Shown here in pieces: positions 17,115-23,000 of a stretch of 23,000 bases of DNA. The number at the start of each line of letters is the position of its first letter. Position 1 is the stretch's first letter. The notes under the pieces were generated by a model that was not told the DNA's origin, did no database searches, and saw nothing but the letters and a program-made list of their open reading frames with translations. Source of the DNA: Elusimicrobiota bacterium. Lineage in GTDB: Bacteria; Elusimicrobiota; Elusimicrobia; UBA1565. The stretch covers positions 1-23,000 of the forward strand of contig JBDREN010000036.1 in assembly GCA_043819795.1 (NCBI GenBank), given 5' to 3'. The translations under genes were made by a program, and so were the position numbers.

Positions 17115-17771
17115 CTATTCCACCGCCTTCTTCGTCTGATCGAGAAGGTCCCGGCGTCTCTCCGCCTGCTTCCCGGCGGCCGCCTCCCTCAGCTTTCCGA
17201 CCTTCTCATCGTATTCCCGCAGAATCTCGTCCTGCCGGCGATTGTGCTCGCGCACGCGCTTTTCCTGGATCCGGCCCAGCGTGTGCAGCGCCTGCACGCG
17301 GACCTCCGGCTCGGTGTCCACGAGCGCCTGGACGATCGAGGCGGTCGACCCGGGATCGCCTATCTCGCCGAGCGCGAGCAGGGCCGCGATGCGGATGTCC
17401 TTCTCCGAGTCCCGGAGCGCGATGACGAGCTTGCCGGGAACGCCGGGCTGTCGCACGTCCTTGAGGATGTCGATGGCGTTCTTGCGCACCGTGGGCTCGG
17501 TGTCGATCGTGAGGGTGTCCTCCAGGATATCGAGGGCCTGGGGGTCGCGCACGCGATAGAGCAGCTCGATCGCGGCCCAGCGCACCTGGGGGTCCGCGTC
17601 CTTGGTCGAGAGACGGATCTTGTCGAGCTCCGCCCGGGAGAGCAGCGGGGGCGGCGTCTCCTCGAGGGCGGGCGGCGGCGGGAGCTCCGGCGGCGGCGGC
17701 GGGGGCTTCCTCCTCTGATAGAGGTAGGTCCCCCCTCCGATGAGGATCAGGATGAATACCAGGCGCTTCAT
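17115..17771 (-). CDS. Membrane-anchored HEAT-repeat protein (paralog 2)
   Basis: N-terminal hydrophobic anchor, poly-Pro linker, about 4 HEAT/PBS-lyase repeats (DADPQVRWAAIELL, DSEKDIRIAALLALGEIGD) and a charged coiled tail. Confidence 0.85.
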   Translation of the reverse strand: MKRLVFILILIGGGTYLYQRRKPPPPPPELPPPPALEETPPPLLSRAELDKIRLSTKDADPQVRWAAIELLYRVRDPQALDILEDTLTIDTEPTVRKNAIDILKDVRQPGVPGKLVIALRDSEKDIRIAALLALGEIGDPGSTASIVQALVDTEPEVRVQALHTLGRIQEKRVREHNRRQDEILREYDEKVGKLREAAAGKQAERRRDLLDQTKKAVE

Positions 17772-18403
17772 CGCTTGCCTTGCTGTTGCTGCACCGCCTC
17801 ATCGTACCGGCGTTTTTGCTCCTGGTACTCGCGCATCTTCTCCTCGTTGCGGCGCCGGTTCTCCTCGACCTCCTGGAGATGCTTCTGCTGGAGCTCCTTG
17901 AGGGTCTTCAGGGCCTCGAGACGCACGCGCTCATCGGGATCGCGCAGCAGGGCGCTGACGGCCGGGGCGGCCTGGTAGTCCCCGATGCGGCCTAGCGCGA
18001 TGAGGACGGCCAGCCGGACCTTCGGGTCGCTGTCGCGCAGGGCCATGAGCAGGTGCTCCGTGACCTCGGGACCGGTCCGGTCGCCGAGGATGGCGACGAC
18101 CTTGAGGCGGATGTCGGGGTCGGAGTCCTGGTGCAGCATCTGCAGCAGGATCTCGTCGGCCTGCGGGTCCTTGGAGTCCAGCATCAGCTGCACGGCCTCC
18201 CATCGCACCTGGGGGTTCGTGTCGCGGGTCGAGGAGTGGATCCTCTCGATCGCCTCCCGATCCAGGACCGGCCGCAGCTGCTGCAGGACCGGGGGGGCCG
18301 GGGGAGGTCCCGTCGGATCGGCCGGCGGCGGCCGGTTCATGACGTATTTATGGGCGACGAACCCGAGAAGGGCGAGCCCCAGGAAAATGGCGGCGTATCT
18401 CAT
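17768..18403 (-). CDS. Membrane-anchored HEAT-repeat protein (paralog 1)
   Basis: Same architecture (DTNPQVRWEAVQLM, DSDPKVRLAVLIALGRIGD). SD AAGGAG; ATGA-coupled to paralog 2. Confidence 0.85.
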   Translation of the reverse strand: MRYAAIFLGLALLGFVAHKYVMNRPPPADPTGPPPAPPVLQQLRPVLDREAIERIHSSTRDTNPQVRWEAVQLMLDSKDPQADEILLQMLHQDSDPDIRLKVVAILGDRTGPEVTEHLLMALRDSDPKVRLAVLIALGRIGDYQAAPAVSALLRDPDERVRLEALKTLKELQQKHLQEVEENRRRNEEKMREYQEQKRRYDEAVQQQQGKR

Positions 18404-18404
18404 G

Positions 18405-18719
18405 TCAACTCCTTGGGCGAAAGCCGCGCCCGTCTGAGGCGCGGCGACCGCCCGTCCGGCTCCACTGATAGGATCTCGGCCCGGCCGCGCCTCGTCCGGC
18501 GCCCGCGGTCCGCCGGAAGCGCTCCGTCTCTCGGAAAGCGGGCTCCGGGTTCTTCTTGAGCCGTATCCGACGGGCCCCGGAGTACCATCCGATCCCCCAT
18601 CCGTCCTTCTGGGGACTGCTCTTGTCGGCGCTGATCCTCAAGAGCGCGAAAGGGGCGTCGGCAAGCTCCCCCGCGGCGCACTCGGGGCGCAGGCTTAACT
18701 GGTCGAACACGCGGCACAT
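18405..18719 (-). pseudogene. Truncated class II glutamine amidotransferase (YafJ/EgtC-like) remnant
   Basis: Starts MCR (N-terminal nucleophile Cys) and contains KDGWGIGWY. Recognisable similarity ends after about 70 aa; full-length family members are about 250 aa or more. Confidence 0.7.
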
Positions 18720-18787
18720 AAGCTCATTTCTCCGGGGAAAGGCACAGTTTTTTTAATCTATCAAAAATACCGGGGATGACGCCAGTC

Positions 18788-18905
18788 GATGTCCAGCGGA
18801 TGTCCAGCGGCCCCCCCGCGGGGGGGCGCTCAAGTAGGGGGGCGATTTCACTCTGAATGCCTCTCCCCCTCCACCTCCCGTCTCCCTCCCCCTGGGGGAG
18901 GGAGA
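18788..18905. repeat. Family B intergenic inverted pair of palindromic units
   Basis: agcggcccccccgcgggggggcgct-caagta-ggggggcgat (18806-18846), and the perfect palindrome tctccctccccc-t-gggggagggaga (18881-18905) preceded by a C-rich tract. Confidence 0.75.
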
Positions 18906-19093
18906 TTATCATGACGCGCGTCCCCGGTTTGACACTGCCTTGCTCACATTTGTTCCGCGCGAGAGCCCGTGGTACAGCCGCCCCGGCAGGGGCGAAGTGC
19001 CCGGCCCCATAAGGAAGTGGGTCGGGGCTGTGGGGCCAAAGGTCCTACCCAGGGATAGGCCCTCTGTCGCCGGATTCTGGGCCCGAAGGTCCT

Positions 19094-19122
19094 TTGGAGG
19101 CTCAGGCATTCCTTAATACAAT
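19094..19122 (+). promoter_or_regulatory. sigma70-like promoter of the MFS gene
   Basis: TTGGAG-17 nt-TACAAT, then 9 nt to ATG 19132. An upstream 16-bp direct repeat abuts the -35. Confidence 0.6.
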
Positions 19123-19131
19123 CATAGCAGG

Positions 19132-21603
19132 ATGAGACTGATCGTGCGGGTCAAGCAGGCATTGGCCGCTTCTTTGTGCGCGGCGCTGTGGTTGACGGCG
19201 CCGGGACTGGGGACCTACCGGGCCTTGGCCCAGGCGACGATGGCCATCCCCAGCTACTCGGTCCGCGCGCCTCTCGGCGGAGTCTCCGCGGGCGGCGCGG
19301 CCGGGAGCTTCGGCCGGGTCCCTGGAACGGGTCTCGGCAGGCGCGGCGCGACGGGATCGGGCGCGGGGCCTTCGCTCGAGTCGACGCTGGTCCCGGCCGG
19401 CTCGGTCCGTGTCAACGGTCGCGCCGCGGCCTCGGCTTCGCTGGCTCTTCCGGGCTCGGCGATCGGCGTCGCCGCTCCCGGGCGCTTCGTTCCGGCGCTC
19501 TTTGAGCAGGCCGCTCAGCATCGGCGGGCGGCCGCCGACGAGGGCGCCGCGGGGCGCCGGATCGTCTCGGACGCCGCCACGGCTTCGCGGGCGCGCGCCT
19601 CCGATGACGCCGAGGAGGCCTCCGCGTCCCCTTCGGCGACGTCCGGCGAGCATATTTCTTCCGAGGCCCCCTCCGAGTCGCTTCATGCGATCCGCGGCAA
19701 GCGCAACAGGCTCGGGCGCCACTTCGCGGCTCTGCGCGCGGCTTTCGGCCTGCGCGAAGACGCGGACCTGCGGCCTGGGCAGGGCGTCGAAACGGCCCTC
19801 GACGGGGGCCGCATGGCCGCGGCGGTGGAGTTCGCCGGGCGCGCGGTCTCCGCGGTGGCCGCGCCTCTTCGGGCCGCCGGCGGCAGGCTCGCCGCGCATC
19901 TCCCGATGTTCGCCGGCCGGAGGGCGTACGACCCGGCTCCTCTTATAAAGGCCGACTCCGCGGCAAGAGCGCCGGAGCCGCTGGTCCTGCGTCAGCGGAA
20001 CGGGCGCGACCTGCGGGTCGTCATCGAGCCTTCCGGAAAGGCGGCGGCTTCGTCCGGCGGCGCGCGAGTCGAGGCCGCTTTGGACGCGGCATCCGGCACG
20101 CGGGCCTCCCTCGCCGGGCCCTCCTCCGACGCCGGCCTGAGGGCCGCACGCGAAGGCAAGTCCCCGAAGAAGGGCGCTTGGTTCGGTCTGGGCAAGGTGG
20201 CGGTGATGTTCATCGTCTCCCTCGTGGTGGCCCAGATCGGGGTGGAGTCCCTGGGCGCGGCCATGCCGGCGCTGGTCCAGAAGACGTTCGGCGACTTCAC
20301 GGCGGTCGCCCAGCTGGCGATCTTCTCCTCGATCGCCTCGATCGTCGGCCGCCAGCTCGGGCCGATCATCGTCAAGAGCGTGGGGCTCAAGAACTCGTAC
20401 CTCGGCGCGAGCGCGGTCCGCCTCGTCTCCATTTCCCTTTTGGCCGGCCTCCTGGCCACCGGGAACATGACGCTCCCGCTCATGATGGTCTTCTTCTCGA
20501 TCAACGGGCTCTTGAGCGGCGTCTCCATGACGGCGATGGAGAGCATCCCTCCGGCGCTGGTGGGGCAGGACCCGGCCAAGCTGGAGCGGTTCTGGACCTG
20601 GCAGCAGACCATCCTGGAGATCGTGGCGATCCCGGCGCCCATCGTCACCGGCTTGGTGGTGGCCAGCTTCGGCTTCCTGCCGGCCTTGGTCGCGTTCCCC
20701 TTAGCGATGTTCGGGTCGCTTCTCATCGTCCTGAAGACGCTGCGCATCCCCCAGCATTACGAGCGGCTTCGGAAGCTGGAGCTGACGAAGCAGCAGCATG
20801 GAAGCAAGGGTTTCTGGGCGAGGGTGGCTCACGGGGCCAAGGTCGTGTGGACCTCGCCGGTCCTGCGGACCTCTTTCCTGGCCTACACCGTCTACGTGAT
20901 GCTCAACCCGTTCCTCTACACGATGCTCGGTCCGGCCTACGGCTTGCGGCTCGTGGGTCCCGAGAACGCCGAGCTGGCGACGGGCGTGATCGGTTTCCTG
21001 ACGGGGTTCTATAGCGCCGGCGGGCTTTTGGGCGGCCTGACGATGATGTGGGGGCAGAGGCGCAGCGCCGCGAAGAAGCAGGCCATGCGCGAGGCCGAGG
21101 AGGCCAAGAACGGGCCGATCTCGGACGAGCGATGGGCCGAGATGATCAAGCCTTGGGAGGCCGAGGCCCTGCGCAAGTCGATGCTCAGGTGGATGTCCTT
21201 CGGGACCTTCGGGCTCGCCGCGCTGGTCACGCTGATGTTCCCCCTCCCCATGCTGGGAAGCGTCGTGGCCTTGCCGGCCTGGCTCGGATGGCTCGGCAAC
21301 CTGACCCTGCCGGCCGTGGCCCTGATCCCGTTCGGTATCGCCCAGGTGATCTCGGTCCTCAAGCTGCGGAGCTTTTTCCAGTCCCGCGTCCCCAGGGAGC
21401 AGGACATGCCCGACGCGATGGGATTCTTCGGCTCGGCGTCGGTGGCCGTCAGCACCGCGGGCCTGCTGGCGCTCAAGTTCCTGTTCCAGGGCTTCGAGGG
21501 CTTCACTCCTTTCGCGTACGTCTCGGCGGCGCTCGTGCCCCTCGCGGTCTTCTACCTCTATCTCCGCTGGCAGCTCAATAGGCGATCCGCCCCCAAGACG
21601 TGA
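19132..21603 (+). CDS. MFS-type transporter with a signal peptide and an Ala/Gly/Ser-rich N-terminal extension of about 330 aa
   Basis: About 12 hydrophobic helices in two bundles from residue ~355, separated by a hydrophilic loop. Signal-like ALAASLCAALWLTAP at the N-terminus. Confidence 0.8.
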   Translation: MRLIVRVKQALAASLCAALWLTAPGLGTYRALAQATMAIPSYSVRAPLGGVSAGGAAGSFGRVPGTGLGRRGATGSGAGPSLESTLVPAGSVRVNGRAAASASLALPGSAIGVAAPGRFVPALFEQAAQHRRAAADEGAAGRRIVSDAATASRARASDDAEEASASPSATSGEHISSEAPSESLHAIRGKRNRLGRHFAALRAAFGLREDADLRPGQGVETALDGGRMAAAVEFAGRAVSAVAAPLRAAGGRLAAHLPMFAGRRAYDPAPLIKADSAARAPEPLVLRQRNGRDLRVVIEPSGKAAASSGGARVEAALDAASGTRASLAGPSSDAGLRAAREGKSPKKGAWFGLGKVAVMFIVSLVVAQIGVESLGAAMPALVQKTFGDFTAVAQLAIFSSIASIVGRQLGPIIVKSVGLKNSYLGASAVRLVSISLLAGLLATGNMTLPLMMVFFSINGLLSGVSMTAMESIPPALVGQDPAKLERFWTWQQTILEIVAIPAPIVTGLVVASFGFLPALVAFPLAMFGSLLIVLKTLRIPQHYERLRKLELTKQQHGSKGFWARVAHGAKVVWTSPVLRTSFLAYTVYVMLNPFLYTMLGPAYGLRLVGPENAELATGVIGFLTGFYSAGGLLGGLTMMWGQRRSAAKKQAMREAEEAKNGPISDERWAEMIKPWEAEALRKSMLRWMSFGTFGLAALVTLMFPLPMLGSVVALPAWLGWLGNLTLPAVALIPFGIAQVISVLKLRSFFQSRVPREQDMPDAMGFFGSASVAVSTAGLLALKFLFQGFEGFTPFAYVSAALVPLAVFYLYLRWQLNRRSAPKT

Positions 21604-22418
21604 GCCGGTCGCCGCACGCGCCGCTTCCCCCGGCTAAGATCACGGACCGTTTCATCGCCTACCTCGCGGACCTCCTGCCGTTCGGGGTCGGCTACTACCT
21701 CAGCCTCTATGCGCTGGTTTTCCGGCTCGGCGCCCTGCCGAACACGATCGAGGTGTGGCGCGGCGCGTTCGTGGCGTGGCTGGCCCTTTACCTTCTCTAC
21801 CAGGCGTTGGGCAATCGCCTCGGGGCGACCCCGGGCAAGAAGCTGCTCGGGATCCGGGTCGTCGGGCGCGACGGGCGTGCCCTCGGCCTCGGGCGCAGCG
21901 TGGTGCGCGCGTTCGGCTATCTCGTGAGCACCCCCCTCATGAACCTGGGCTTTCTCTGGAGCCTCTTCCATCCCGAGTCGCGCGCCTGGCACGACCTGAT
22001 GGCCGGCAGCGTCGTCGTCGAGGCCCGTCCGAAGCCGCCGGGGGCGGCGCTGCTGAGCGCGCTCGTCTCCATGGTCTTGATCGGGGCCCTCCTCGTCGGC
22101 AACGTCCTGCTTTACTTCGGGCGGTCCAGCCCCGCGGACCTGGACGCCCTGCGCAAGGCCAAGGAAGGCCTGAGGGTGCTGGCCGCCATCGAAGAGGAAT
22201 ACAAGACCCGGCACGGGACCTATACCGACAGCCTTGCGGACCTCGCGCGGGCGAGCGGGGACGTGGGGCGGTTCCGTGAGGCGATGGAGGATCTCTTCGA
22301 CCCGGACGCCTTCGTTTTCGTCGCGGACCGGGACCGTTACCTGCTGCGCGCGCGGGCCCGCGACCGCCGCCGGACGGTCGTGGAGCTGGCCGGGCCTTTC
22401 GAGACAGCGGCCCCGTAG
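21600..22418 (+). CDS. RDD-family membrane protein with a pilin-like C-terminal domain
   Basis: RFIAYLADL, GATPGKKLLGIRVV, RAWHDLMAGSVVV are RDD motifs. GTGA overlap with the MFS stop. Confidence 0.88.
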   Translation: MSRSPHAPLPPAKITDRFIAYLADLLPFGVGYYLSLYALVFRLGALPNTIEVWRGAFVAWLALYLLYQALGNRLGATPGKKLLGIRVVGRDGRALGLGRSVVRAFGYLVSTPLMNLGFLWSLFHPESRAWHDLMAGSVVVEARPKPPGAALLSALVSMVLIGALLVGNVLLYFGRSSPADLDALRKAKEGLRVLAAIEEEYKTRHGTYTDSLADLARASGDVGRFREAMEDLFDPDAFVFVADRDRYLLRARARDRRRTVVELAGPFETAAP

Positions 22419-22496
22419 CGGCCCGCTGGCGCGGGCCGGACGGCGCTGAGAGGTCGGGCGCTCGCGCCCGACGTCAAGGACCGATAGGGTTGCGCA

Positions 22497-22532
22497 ACGG
22501 CTGGAAATCCGCGGACGCGGATTTCCAGCCGT
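22497..22532. terminator. Strong hairpin between convergent genes (probable bidirectional terminator)
   Basis: Perfect 17-bp inverted repeat ACGGCTGGAAATCCGCG-ga-CGCGGATTTCCAGCCGT. A second 9-bp hairpin lies at 22453-22472. No U-tract. Confidence 0.6.
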
Positions 22533-22537
22533 GCGTG

Positions 22538-23000
22538 TTAGAACTCCGCGAGGACCCAGGGGCCGTGGGGGCTCAGAGCGCGGATCTCCTCGGCGGGGTT
22601 GAGCGCGAGGAAATTGTCCAGCTCCCTGCGCTTGAGCACGACGAACGTCCGGAATCCGGGCTCGGGAAGGGCCCGTATCGTGGCGTCGTCGCCGAAGCGG
22701 TGGGCGAAGCGCGCGAAGCGCTTGGCGTAGTGCATCTCCCCGGTCCAGTTGACCACGTCGACCGGGCGGCCCGTGTAGAACGGGATCCCGTGCAGGTAGG
22801 TGTCGTAGCTCAACAGGCGGGCCCCGGTGCCGGCGTCGAGGCCCGCGATCCTCTCGTTGATGGCCTGCGCCATCCTCTTTACGCTCAGCTGGTCGCTCAC
22901 GTATCGCGTCCCGACCACGAGCAGGGCGCAGACGCACAGGCCCAACAGCGCGGCGGGCGCCAGCGTCGGCCGGCCCCCCTGGGCGCGGCCGCCGCGGCCC
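22538..23000 (-). CDS. C-terminal part of an ArnT/GT39-like membrane glycosyltransferase
   Basis: TM helix followed by LSVKRMA...LHGIPFYTGRPVDVVNWTGEM, resembling the ArnT C-terminal soluble domain. The frame is open to the window end. Confidence 0.6.
   Translation of the reverse strand, partial: GRGGRAQGGRPTLAPAALLGLCVCALLVVGTRYVSDQLSVKRMAQAINERIAGLDAGTGARLLSYDTYLHGIPFYTGRPVDVVNWTGEMHYAKRFARFAHRFGDDATIRALPEPGFRTFVVLKRRELDNFLALNPAEEIRALSPHGPWVLAEF

Noticed and set aside
217..18559. Long plus-strand and alternate-frame ORFs (e.g. 217-660, 3936-6980, 5231-6892, 6932-8575, 15294-17027)
   Set aside because: Shadow ORFs expected at high GC. They overlap genes with clear family motifs and have none of their own.
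18724..19109. Short ORFs 18724-18912 and 18909-19109
   Set aside because: They are translations of the palindromic repeats and the promoter region, with no coding evidence.
21558..22937. 459-aa minus-strand ORF
   Set aside because: Antisense to the RDD gene and out of frame with the glycosyltransferase; Arg/Pro-rich shadow ORF.

Overview
GC-rich bacterial chromosomal window, visually about 70% GC. The gene style suggests Elusimicrobiota, but that is inference only. Positions 1-18719 are all minus-strand genes. In transcription order they are: a truncated class II glutamine-amidotransferase remnant; two membrane-anchored HEAT-repeat paralogs; a MoxR/DUF58/DUF4381-like/BatA/BatB-BatC fusion/BatD/BatE operon; a small secreted protein; a second MoxR with a fused DUF58-transglutaminase; an ASCH protein; miaB; a PilZ protein with a Cys-rich tail; miaA; and hflX (partial). 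On the plus strand, an MFS transporter with a long N-terminal extension and an RDD protein with a pilin-like tail converge on an ArnT/GT39-like gene (partial). The most striking non-gene signal is two families of short dispersed repeats that lie inside protein-coding sequence. Family A is a 45-bp unit found in miaA, miaB (x2), the transglutaminase C-terminus, the BatB-BatC fusion joint and the BatE N-terminus. It is translated in all three frames of one strand and in one frame of the other. Family B is a 25-bp C-run/G-run palindrome with a G-tract tail, occurring as inverted pairs with compensatory stem changes. Four sigma70-like promoters also sit 6-9 nt from start codons, which suggests leaderless mRNAs. 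No rRNA, tRNA, CRISPR array or transposase was seen.
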